A DNA stretch of 63,951 nucleotides, the filler included, from Lenisia limosa (Eukaryota > Protista > Breviatea), in the NCBI GenBank assembly GCA_001655205.1. It is 10 parts of 10 records of this genome, joined end to end, with 100 filler letters (N's around TTAATTAATTAA, not from the genome) between each part and the next. Parts side by side here need not be neighbours in the genome. Positions count along the whole stretch, not along the records: positions 1 to 24,197 come from LPNZ01006239.1; 9 more parts are not named here. The stretch is one strand, 5' to 3'. A program made the translations under genes and the position numbers. Below, one piece after another: positions 1 through 12,200 of the stretch (the stretch's first letter is position 1; each line of letters starts with the position of its first letter). Under the pieces are notes generated by a model. The model had not been told where the DNA came from. It saw nothing but the letters and a program-made list of their open reading frames with translations, and ran no database searches.

Positions 1-1689
1 TTGACCCTTGAAGGAATCATGCCGTTTGATCGACTGTGTTACTGTGAAGGGGTCTTCCCAGCCCATCAGGTGTGCGGGTGTGCTGTTAGTTATTATGGCA
101 CTGGGTATTTTTCTTCTTCACCCCACAGCATCTACACGCCAGATATAGAAGAACTTCCTGAAGACGTTGACAACCGCATTCAAGTGGCGCGCAATTATAA
201 CCATGCCGTAGCCGAAGGAAGCTATGTTAACTTGCCAACAGAGTTCGATGTTACTGGTGAGTGATAGTTTAGGATATTGTATATTGTATCACTGAGACTT
301 TGTGTTTTATTTCTTAATTACGATTGATTAATGATGCTCAAACTTGGGATACTGGTGTTTCTATTATCTTCAGATATACTCCCAAAATTCTTATCATCCC
401 CCTCTAGAGCTTGGAGAGATTCGGAGAGGCCTCAGACCAGAAACCCCCTCCAAAGCCGAGAGGACCAAATTCATATCACCCTGCTCGTGCACGTCGTCTT
501 GCTCATGTGACTACCACAGACGAAGCCTGAAATTAGTGGGCTGCTCTTGTTAATACCTGCTGTATTGTGGTCTCCAATCAGCCTGATTGGACGTTTTCTC
601 TTATTTCCACATATTTGGCTTTTCGCCAAAATGACTTTTCTGACGTACAGTTGGACCCCAATGAAGAGGGAACCATCACATCCATCCTTCCGGGACCGCA
701 CAATATGAGACCCCTTCCGCGGCTCAACTCAGGGACTTTGTAAGCGGTGCCACTGATTATAGAGAGTGGTTGTTTCCTTGAAGAATAACCCGACTCTCAG
801 AGGTCAACTGATATTTTCGGGCGTTTCAGTTTTTTTGACATCAATGTTGTTACTTTGGCTCAGAACACCGCCCACATTAGACATAGGACCCGATTCCCTT
901 CCATCAATCGAAGACTCGAGGGCCACTAAGGACTCTCTGGCCTACTCCGAGGCCCCATACCTTCGTTTCAAGGACTCTTTCAACGCGGGTGTCATGGCAT
1001 ATCTTGAGGTGGGATGCCGTGACTTCTAAATTAATTCTTGAAAGATCGATATGTTATGTCTAGACCGATTACAAGCAAATCAGTCGAGACATATCCTGGT
1101 CACTGAATATCATATGTATTGGACCGTACAGTGACCCTACCCGTTTTGGGTCGAATGTGCCCACTCTTTTCGCACTTTTGACAACTTCAGGGAAATTGGC
1201 CCACTGCCCAACATCATCTTCAACTGGCTGAAAGAGAAAAGTAGGCAGACCTCTTCCATCTTTTTAGCAATCTTATTGCCCAGTTTTGTGTTTTTGTTGC
1301 CACATTGTTTCCAACGTTGAATTAAGTCTGTTAAATTGTGATTTTTTGGATTTGTGTTTACTCACGCTCTTCTTGTTAGTTTCCCACATAGTATATTACA
1401 TTTACAAAAAAAATGTTGGGTTCTTCAATACCCTGTCTAAAAATATGTATCTCCAATTCACTTTAATCCAAATTGCCTCACAATACCCTGAATTGACTAT
1501 GCATACCTCCATGCCTTGTTTACTAATACATTATATGATATAATATACCCCCAATGTCTTAACATGACAATTGACCATAATCAGCCCCGCGGACGGCCCA
1601 ACCCTGCTGCTTTTGTCTGTGATTGGTGACAAGGAAGCTCCCTCTGACTGGCCAGGCTACCGCCAACTCCATCGAAAGGGCAACGAGTA
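1..1689 (+). CDS. 3' part of a multi-exon hypothetical protein gene (5' end outside window)
   Basis: Open frame 1-257 ends at a GTGAGT donor. Further GT/AG-bounded coding-like exons lie at about 408-537, 651-740, 860-1010 and 1190-1240, and a last exon ends ...YRQLHRKGNE-TAG near 1689. No family recognised; exon chain is tentative. Confidence 0.4.
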
Positions 1690-1868
1690 GTGTTCAGGTC
1701 TTAGTATTCCCTTGTGTGAAAGGTGACATGGCTCTTGTATTTATTTGTATTTTTTTCAACCGGTTTGATGACCGTCATTCACATGGTTAACTCATTAGCA
1801 TCGCACCAATAACGGATCGTTTTGTAGTAGACACAGCCCGTTCTTGGCTTCCTCTAAACACATTAGTA

Positions 1869-1946
1869 AGGCTTCACTTTGGTTCGGTAAAATATCGATA
1901 GTTTTCGAGGATTTATCGAAAATTCATTCGAACTGAAGTGAAGCCC
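1869..1946. mobile_element. MITE-A (internally shortened)
   Basis: TA|AGGCTTCACTTTGGTTCG...CGAACTGAAGTGAAGCCC|TA. Confidence 0.75.
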
Positions 1947-1989
1947 TACATATTTGGCAATATGACTTGTGACACTGTTAAGATACAAT

Positions 1990-4900
1990 GAACCTTGTTA
2001 CCCCTCCCCCCCTGCCAACCTTGTATGGTAGTTTTAACAGCCCTTCTCCTTCCTCTTCCCAGACGCTTTGATGGACCCTCGGTGGGGGCTTGGCCAATAT
2101 CCAGTACTTCCTCCATTACTCTCTAAAACCCATTAATAATGATCATTCTTAAGACAGTATTTTTGTACAGGGTGTTTAGTGAAGGCATGCCCACTTACCA
2201 CCATGTTCTTAACCTCGTCATCTGGTCCGTCATGTCCACCATGGCTACTTTGATAATCATATGTAAGATGACGCTGAAGCGACAGCAAACAATTGGTTGG
2301 ACAGAGATTTTTTTCAACGGTAGTGATATGCTCCGACTTACTTGTGAAACGGCATTATCGCGATGTTTCTTCCGAGTAAAGAGTCTTCGAAGATGAAAAT
2401 GGCCATAGCACAGTCTGAGCGTCGCACTGTTTCCCTCAGCATAAACCTGGCTCATTAACTTTCAAGATTGCCTCGAGTTATCTGTATTCTCCTGTAATAT
2501 ATGATCATGTTTCAAAGTTTCACACCCCCAACCGTGCATGGCAAATGGCAAGTCTGGCCAGGGTGGTAATGACATTGGGTGTGATACTGCCTTGTTTTGA
2601 GGCCTTCTGAGAGGTTAGTAAGCTACAATTGCCCCAACCTTGGATATTTTGACAAAGTACTTCGAGAGAAGGTCTTTGCTGTCATCCGTCATTACGGGTC
2701 TTGAATGGTGAAATTTCATGCTGAATTTTACAAATTCATTCTTCAACAAGAAGTCCATTCATATTCTCGCCAAAAAACCTAACAGTACATGTAGTATGTA
2801 TAATACTATCATATAGTATACATATGATACCCAGTCACCAACAGACCTCAGTGCTCCTGAATGCTGCAGAAACCGTTGGCATTGTTGTGCACTCCACTCA
2901 ATCTCGACCATGCCTTGGTTGTGAATTGTGACACAATTATTTAAGTAGTTATGAGGTTTTCCGTCACCCATACTCCGCTTCGTTGAAAGGTATTGTGTGA
3001 ATGCATAAACCCCTTCACGACTCATGAGAAACTTCTCCCATTTACTTGCCATTTCATGATCATGACTGGAGGAATTGGCATCAAGTATCACTTGGAGGTG
3101 AGATTAGACTTACCAAGTCACTTCAGACTTAGCAAAAACAATATACATTGTGCATTATACCAAAATGAACAGTAAGAAATAAAGATCTGGCCAAAGTCAT
3201 CCCGTCATCTTCAAGTTGCCCTTTCCAACCGTCAAAAGAATTGATGATGAAAGGATCCAGTTTCAAGCTGGCAGCAATTTGACTCTCAGAAAGCCAGTCC
3301 ATTCGGCGTGCCATACTGGCAATCAAGGCACATGCTGGTTCCATATAAGAATGTATTGCAAATGACTGTCAGGAGGAGTGTGTTTGAGTATACGTAATGT
3401 GATTGTGTGACAAAATGAAAGGGCCTCCAGATATCTCACATGTGTTGAGCTTTGTGGATCGTCCAGCTGACAATGGTGGTTGAGCCATCCCGATGGAACA
3501 GTCTTCCAGAACCGTACGCTGGGCAGCGGGGCTGTGAGGTAATCGAGATGCATCAACCAAGATTCCAATGATATTTTACTCTGTAGAATATCAGGTTATA
3601 CAAGGTATTACTTAAAGGTAACAAGACAAAGCAGCATTTACACATGGCAATACATTTAGTTCTTTACCTAAGTTTCTCAAAATGGTCTATAATGCACATC
3701 CCTGTTGATCCAACTACTAGAGGGCCCTGATTCGGTTACTAAATTACAACAACAGATACACAATCATATGCTAGATAAAGCCAGTATTTTTTTCTGAGTT
3801 ACGATTGATATTTCCAGTTGAGCTTCAAGATACCTACAGCAGATAGGCCCGTTCGGGACAAGGCTGATGTTTCAATAAGGGACGACGAAGCCATGTTTGT
3901 TGAGGATGAACAGTCAATAAAGGAACTTCTAAAAGAAATTTTATCAAGGCCTTGGGAGAAAGCAGACATAAAATATATATAAAAATCGGGTCAAGACAAT
4001 TAATTCAGTTCCTATACCTGGTTGAATTATGGAGGGCCTGTCTGGCTAATCTTGAAGACTCCACTGATGAACTAATTAAGAGAATCTTTGGGGGTCCTAA
4101 GGCCGTTACACATTATGCTGTGCATATATTAATGATATTTCATTTATCATATTGTGTTCCAAAACTAATATGATATGTTATTCCAGAGAGCTCACCAGAA
4201 ACGTTGTTGAGTCCACGACTGCCGCTCCTCCAACTCATTGCAAGAACTGTCGCGAGTCGCACAGATTTTCGACCTTCATTATTACGACTTTCACAGCACA
4301 ATAAGCAGATGGTTACTGTTAACTAGTTGAGAAACTATTATTTAAATCTAAGTGGTCCCACTGTAAAACACTTACATGGAGCAGGAAGAAGCTTGGCAGC
4401 AACCATATCCCGGTTGGCAAATTTAGAGGGAGTGGAAAAGAACTGGTTAAAGAATGAACGCGAACTTAACCGGCCTGGGTCAATACTAAAGCGTCAAAAG
4501 CTTTATTGGTTTTTGCAAAAATGGTACATAAATTGCTTCTAATGCGTAGAGCTGTCAGACTTCCATAGTTACCCAAGCCCTACCTTTGTCTATGTGTTTC
4601 AATACCAAGCTCATGCCACATCAGACTACCTGTAATCAATCTATATAATAAGCAATTTCAAAAACTGTTGCCTCAATGACTCCAAGCGTGACTGATAATA
4701 CTGTTATGATATGATAATAGTGAAATAAAAATCAATTGATTAGATCTTCCTGAAATCAATATTATAAATGCTTACCGCTCCTTTTCATCTTTTTTACCAG
4801 CCATTGGAATATACTTTGAGACGTATCCTTAAAAATAAATTAAAAAAAGTGGATTTTCTATTATCATAGTACTATTATTGGGTTTGATGAGACCACAGTT

Positions 4901-6613
4901 ATTTAAACTATGTAAATATTAGCCTGATGTGTGTGTAGGTTACAAGAAGTATCTTAACATTTGGCTAACCAGTCAAGGTGACATCATCTCCTGGAAGCAC
5001 CAAATCAGTACTTGTCAAGAGACAGGGGAGCGTTCTGAATGAAATAACCTACAAATAAAAGCTCACTTGCTATCTGACAAGTCACATCCTCGTGTAGTAA
5101 TTTCAGCATACTGCGTAGTCACGGAGGACTGTTTGATCGTGTCTTTCGCAAAACAAACTCCAGTGCAATTAACGTCTAAAGGTTATGGGTTGCAGGAACA
5201 AACCATGTGGACACGACGTTGGGATGTTAGCGGTTCCATTTAAATAGGGTGGGGGAACAATTACCCTAAGAATAAGTGGTAGTATACCTTTCTTACTCCT
5301 TTTTGCATACACAACATGAAAAGTATTGGTCATAGTAGATAGTCTCGGGTTTATCTGAAAGCATCACTCGAAAGGCTTAACTCACATATTTTGAGAACTG
5401 TGGCTTTGATAGAAAATAATTTTCCTAGAGTAGTCAAAGGGTTTCTAATTCAAGAAAGTTATAATGAAACAATAAGAACCGGTACCAAACTTCTCTGACT
5501 TACCCAGATGTTCGTGTCGAGGAAGGATGGTAAGAGTCATGGAAGATGGGCAGTCCACAATATTGAGGGTGTTGTTGCTCTTTTCTGTCAGACCCAACTC
5601 TTTCTCCACACATCTTCAAAAGTCAGATATGAAATAGCAAAAGAATGTAAAACCAAAATTGTGTTGTGTTTAGAGAGTAGTGACACTCTTGATATTAGAT
5701 TTTGGGACTTGGTATCGGGTCATAATGAACACTTTTGCCCTCACCTAAGAATGGCATATTTTGAAAGAAACAACTCATCAGGATGGGAAATGAGATAAGT
5801 TGCAAGGTCGGCATTGTGGATAAAGACAGAAAGGAGACTAAAAGTTTGACATTCTGATTGAAGTTGACAGAAATGTTGGCAATTTCATGATTTGACGCAA
5901 ATCGCAGACTTTCATCCACATACCTCAAAGGAATTGATGCAGGCTCCGATTCACAAATAAGCTCTTTAAGATCGTCTCCTCCATCACTGAGAACCATCTT
6001 GGCCAATGTCTTGATAATGAGCTCTATAAGGTAAGAAAGAACAGAGAACTCCTCAAAAATGCTAACTGGGGTTCCATTGTTGCTTCCTCTGATTCATGTT
6101 GCTATTCAGGTAACCGTGATTCTCTTTGTCCATCACCCGTGTCTCTTAATTCAGGAGGCGGTGTTAAAATAAACAATAGCTGAATAGCTTGATGAAGTTG
6201 ATGAGGGAGAAGCAAGGCGGGGGAGAAGCTAGATCACTTTACTGGGGCTAGCAGAACAAGGAGCGGCAGCTTGTTTTTCTTCTATTATTCGTCCTTCTTT
6301 TTGTAAGAAGTAGTGTATTATTAGTGGAGGCAGAGGGAGGGAGAGGGAGAGTGGACACGAAACAAGAGTGACAGAAAAGTCCGGCCGCATAGACGGCCCG
6401 ATTCAAAACCAAAGCATCCAGAAACGAAAAAGAATCCTTCGGATCTTTGGTTTCTCCCAAAATCACCTCAGCCCCTCTCCTGCCTCTCCTCCTCCTCCTC
6501 GGTGCTTAATTTGATGAAAATGTACAAATAGAAAGAATGGAGGTAATATAAGCCGTTCCCAACTGGTTCGAGGAACTCGGTGCTTATTCCCCCTCCGCCC
6601 CCTACCGTGTCAT
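1990..6613 (-). CDS. Multi-exon hypothetical protein, helical and Leu-rich
   Basis: Spliceable minus-strand exons give ELIIKTLAKMVLSDGGDDLKELICESEPASIPL / LLSVFIHNADLATYLISHPDELFLSKYAIL / CVEKELGLTEKSNNTLNIVDCPSSMTLTILPRHEHL with canonical splice sites. More exons at about 3130-3570, 2760-3090 and 2040-2460. Start (ATG 6613) and stop are uncertain. Confidence 0.45.
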
Positions 6614-6668
6614 CCTTTCGTACTGTGTTTCAACCAAGCTCCACAACTAGTATCAATAGAATAACAGA

Positions 6669-8980
6669 ATGAACCGACAAAGAACTGAAATTAAAGTACC
6701 ACCGCCCGTTCGCCGAATTAAAATCATCAGTAAGCACATTGTTCTTTCTCTTATCTGCTGGGAACCATAGTAAAAGGTAAATTTTTCGGATGGGCAAAAA
6801 ATAGTGATAAGATCCATGTAAAAATAATTTCCATGAGACAGAAGTGGTAACACCAGGAGCACTTAACTCTATTTTGCTCATTTTGTACTCTGTAAAGTAC
6901 TTTAGCTTATATGAAACATCTTTTTATTAGTGCTCTGCTTTTTATTTACACATTGTTTTGCACAATCGTGAAAGGCAATCGACTGGGTTAATTAGTATTA
7001 AACAATATCTCTTGTAAGAGTGATGGTTTGGGTAGCTTTGGCAAAGACTGCTTTGTTTTATTACTCATTTCTCTATGGGCTTCACTTTGATTCGAAAAAG
7101 ACCTATAAATATCGATAATTTTCGAAGATTTCTCGAAAAATTCAGTCTTTTTTCGAATTTCTAACTATTTAGGTATGGGAGCGGCAGGTGTTGGCAAGAC
7201 ATGCCTCATCAAACGATATTGTGAGGGAAAGGTTGGGTTGGTTGGAGGAAATACGAAATTCTGTGTTTCTCCTAGGGCTTCCCTGCTGTCTTGATTGTGG
7301 GAGGATAGTGCATAACACTTGATACCGCTCAAAAAAAGGGATATTCATAAAAAATTCCTTCCACCTTTGCCAAACAAAAAGGTTTTCATCCCCCCCCCCC
7401 CCTTCCTCCACGATCCTTCTTTCACATATTTGAAGATAGTTATTTCTGTTATTACGATTCTGAAGCATGTAATTTTAGATTGAGCAATCCATTTCCTTCA
7501 ACAGTTCTAATAGCGTTAATCTCCATGATCACCACATCCCCTCTCACCCTCCCCCGTCCAGTTTATCTCAAAGTACATGGCAACTATCGGCGTGGATTAT
7601 GGTGTCAAACCCGTCGTTATCGGCTCAGAAAATGTCAAGGTCGGGGAGGGTTGTCTTTAAATAGTTGATCTTTGTTCCTAGTTTCAATAGAGACTTTACT
7701 GCAACATCTTTTAAAATATCTTCCTCATATATATGATCCTTCTATGTTTATTGCACAGGTCAACTTTTGGGACTTGAGCGGTGATGAGAACTTCTTTGAA
7801 GTCCGCAACGAGTTCTACAAGGACGCCCAGGGAGTGGGGGAGGGAGTGTAGTGTAACAGACAGGCGGCGTGNNNNNNNNNNNNNNNNNNNNNNNNNNNNN
7901 NNNNNNNNNNNNNNNNNNNNNNNNNNNNNNNNNNNNNNNNNNNNNNNNNNNNNNNNNNNNAGTCCTGTTTAATACATCTCAACACACAGGGGTAGAGGGA
8001 TGCTTGAGAAATGCTGGGGACAGAGTGTTTCACCTTTCATCTAAGTGAATCCCTCATAACTAAGGCTTCACTCTGGTTCCAAAAAGACCGGTAAAATATC
8101 GATATTTATCGAAGATTTATCGAGAATTCAGTCTTTTTTGGAACCGAAAGTGAATCCGTACTCATAACAAAGGGAAACCCTTCCCACACGCCGCATCAGT
8201 TCCTTACGAATTAGGCCCTATTGGTGTTTGACGTATCATCGCGTGAGTCGTTTGCTGACCTTCAAAATTGGCTCAATGAAGCTAATGAGGTGCGAACAGT
8301 GTTAGGGAAGTTTGTTGAATGTAATCACGAGACTCTTTTTCTTATAACTTTCAAATAAAACACTATATTCCAGTACTATTTTACAACCCAATAACAATCT
8401 CAGAATGGAGCATCCAAGAACCTGCAGGTTGTTGTTGTGGGCTGCAAGGTGAGTGGGTTGGATCGCGAAGAGGCGGCTTATAGAAGATACCAATTCAAAT
8501 AGATGTGCTCCTAATTGTGCTCTTCTAATTTAGATCACCTGGATTTGTTTGTGTTTTGTTTTATTACAAGCTTTACGGGATGCGGTGCTCCAGAAGCGAC
8601 TGGCCTGGGCTTTGTTTATGTTATCAACCAACCAGTTGATTCATAATTTTCCCAATTTTACTCTCGCCCCCCCCNNNNNNNNNNNNNNNNNNNNNNNNNN
8701 NNNNNNNNNNNNNNNNNNNNNNNNNNNNNNNNNNNNNNNNNNNNNNNNNNNNNNNTGTAACTTGGGCTGCTCAGCATCAGTATATGTGAGGGGGGTGCAG
8801 GTTTTTGAGGAACAAAGGATGGGAGGGGACTGAAGTGTTTTTTTTTGGGGACTAAAGTGTCACGAATTTAAGCAGGATTCATTATTCAGGTATATGGAAG
8901 CCAGCTCGCAAACAGGGGTGGGGGTGTCAGAATGCTTCGAGTCGTTGTTTAAAAGGGTTATAATGAGGGGCCCAACTTAG
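6669..8980 (+). CDS. RJL: RJL-family (RBJ/DNAJC27-like) small GTPase without J domain
   Basis: Exons 6669-6729, 7173-7231, 7562-7639, 7759-7833, 8215-8289, 8404-8448, one partly in the gap ending near 8790, and 8890-8980. Spliced: MNRQRTEIKVPPPVRRIKIISMGAAGVGKTCLIKRYCEGKFISKYMATIGVDYGVKP..VNFWDLSGDENFFEVRNEFYKDAQGALLVFDVSSRESF..YMEASSQTG..RGPT*. RYCE, EVRNEFYKD and the missing switch-II Gln are RJL hallmarks. Confidence 0.88.
7077..7157. mobile_element. MITE-A, right TIR truncated, abutting an RJL acceptor
   Basis: GGGCTTCACTTTGATTCGAAAAAGAC..ATCGAT..CAGTCTTTTTTCGAA. Confidence 0.7.
8063..8158. mobile_element. MITE-A
   Basis: TA flanks, about 25-bp TIRs, ATCGAT core. Confidence 0.8.
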
Positions 8981-9209
8981 TATTTAATTAGATGGTATGT
9001 TTTCTAACTTCTTTGATGTATGTATACTTTGAAGTGCTTTTCAAAAATCCTGTGTCATCTCAGATTATTGTGAAGACAACAGTTGTATCAGGCCGATCAA
9101 CATAATGACATTAGTGTACATTTCTCTATTCTACAATCCTGGATTACCATAAAAAAAGAAACTAAAAACCAAACCGCTGAAGACAGCCTTCAGGGCTCAA
9201 CACAACCAT

Positions 9210-12200
9210 TCAAACCATGACCTTATGGAACGAAATGCCCGACCCAGACGCGGCGGTGACTATGCTGCTTCCTTGGAAGGGGTACATTGCAAGAGACTCG
9301 GACTTGAAATGAGAAAGAGAACACGAAATATTTTATTTTTATCGATATCGATTCAGTGGAGTATGGAATTGAGACAAGGTGAGAAAATGGTATGGTATGT
9401 GTTTCATCATTTCTGGACCTAAAGACCTTGTACCCCCACTATAATGTACAAAGCTCACCCCATTTCTATGACAATATGACAGGGGCAACTGAGGCGCAAT
9501 GTGCTTCGAAGAGAACAGCTGGGACCGTTCCTGCTTTGTCAATTCGGGAAACGAAACAGTATTTTTAAACTTCAGTTGTGTCAACATAAACATGTCAAAT
9601 ATCAATTGTAATGGTTGAGATTATCATCATCCGATAAACGAAATCGTGGTAAATGCGAAAGTCTTTACTAAAATCTTACTGCCCCTCTTATCCGCCTCTT
9701 ACGCAGCTATATAGACAGGCATTTTGCTGATACGTTGCAGCTCCCACGATCTTAGTACCCTGGGACTTGTTAAAGAATGGAGGAAACAAAAAATAACATC
9801 AAAAACACACCAAAAAAGCAGCTTATTTAAAGCATGTCAAGAAAGGCGATATTTAGCTTACAATAGCAAGAGCAGCTGATGAAACGAGTGGAGTGGGATG
9901 TGTGCTACCTGAGAGATTAGAAACATCCATGAAGATTCTGAATACCAAGGATAAGACCTTTCTCAACAGTACTTGTATATTAGGGTGAAATAGGACTATA
10001 GTACAACAACATTGAAAAAAAAGAAGATAAAACGATGAAATGGAGGGTGATCCACACCCACTTCTGAGGTTGGTTGTTTGTGTGAGGTCAGACTCTTCGA
10101 AAATCTAAAATCCGTCAGATTTGATTAATATACCCAAGGTTGTTGAATCAAAATCAAGAGGGTTTGACACCATAATCCACGCCGATAGTTGCCATGTACT
10201 TTGAGATAAACTGGACGGGNNNNNNNNNNNNNNNNNNNNNNNNNNNNNNNNNNNNNNNNNNNNNNNNNNNNNNNNNNNNNNNNNNNNNNNNNNNNNNNNN
10301 NNNNNNNNNNNNNNNNNNNNNNNNNNNNNNNNNNNNNNNNNNNNNNNNNNNNNNNNNTGTTGGAAACGCGTTGTGCAAATAAAGCCATCTGAATCGTCAA
10401 AAAGGCCCGAATATCCAAAACTTCAAACATGTTCACTAAACAAGGAATGAAACCGGATAGTATCCCAGAAAACTGCAAAGCCCATTTAAACCCACCATCA
10501 ATTCCAGAGACCCGTGAGACCTTCAGTGTGCACTTATCAGTGGCACTGGTGGGTGCATGACCCTGTGTTGTTCCGTTCTGAAACGTTTAAAGATGGTTTA
10601 ACTTGGTGTTCACTGCGTTGGAAGGTATTAGCCCCATGAAATGTTGAAATTGAAAATGAAGGCTCATTTGAAGCTAACGGGGTGGTATGTCATTTATCTG
10701 TATCTTCTCACTATGGTTTCACTTCGGTTCGAAAAAAAGACTGACTTTCTTGATAAAACCTCGAAAACTATCGATATTTTTACCGGTCTTTTTTGAACCG
10801 AAGTGAAGCTCTACTTCTCACTTTCAGCTTACACAAACAACTCAATCATTCTTTTACTATCACTTTTACATATGATAATAATAATATATAAGAGTACTCT
10901 ACTCACCTTTATAGGAACAGAAGACAGACCTTGACTTGATCCAATCAAAATCCCTTGAGGGTCAAAATATGACTTATCAATGATTTGTTAAATAATAAAA
11001 AATGGCGTAATAAGGAGATTGACTGCTTTATTAGTTCTATTTCTCCCCTTCATACAAGTCCATACTGAGAAGAAAGAAAGAAGAGCATACTTGAACTGGT
11101 TGCAGCCATGCTGAGAATAGGAACACTATACGATCGCCTTGAATATAGTGACCCGGAGAGGTTTCTGTCATCCNNNNNNNNNNNNNNNNNNNNNNNNNNN
11201 NNNNNNNNNNNNNNNNNNNNNNNNNNNNNNNNNNNNNNNNNNNNNNNNNNNNNNNNNNNNNNNNNNNNNNNNNNNNNNNNNNNNNNNNNNAGTAAAAAAA
11301 ACTCTTTCATATGATTCACATTAAGGGGAGGGGTCGAGAAAAATGCACAGAAAAGCCACAGTCATATACTATGTCAGAAAAACCATAATGTATGTCAGAA
11401 AAACCACAGCAATGTCAGAACAGTAATATAGCGGTACAGAAAAGCTAAAAAAGTCAAAGAAATATGGCTGCATAGAAAAGTTAAAGTACACAGAAAAGTC
11501 GCAGAAATATGGATGTAGCTACAGTCAAGATGGATGCACAGAAAAGTCAAAGAAATGTGGGTTTAGAGAAAAGCTAGGAAAGTGAACCCTTGGTTAGATG
11601 GAATATCCTCCCGTACGTTGTGAGAGTCAGGAATAAAGGTCACTGAAGTGATTGGGCTCCTATTGTCACATTTGAGAACAACATTGCCGCTCCGGTCGTC
11701 AATTAAACTTGCGGATTTATCCTGGAAAAATGAACGGGGTTGAAATGGTAACATAGGGGGTTTCTCATAACATAGGGGATTGGTTATACTAAGTTGGATT
11801 AGCTTGATAAGGGGCAAGGTGAGTTGAACATTTGTAGAGATAAGATTCAGAAAGAATGCGCCTCCATAGCCTACCCAAGATCCCGTAAGGATAAGCCGGT
11901 TGCTTTCTGAGAAATCCAGCGATGAGACAGGGGCCTGGTGGATGAACATTGAAAACCAATGGATTTCTCCTCTTGAACAAAAGAACTGGAAGATTGTCGG
12001 TTTCATGTTCTTTGTGAGCTTTTCAAGACATAAATCCTCGATAAATATCAATTATTAACAAATATATATCATATATTATAGAAGTGAAAAATAAAACAAT
12101 GAAGATCTACAAATAACACAAACCAAAACCCCCACTTGGTGCACATTTGGGACCCTCAGGTTGACACAGGAATCCGGGGTATATCGACAAACCCCCCAGT

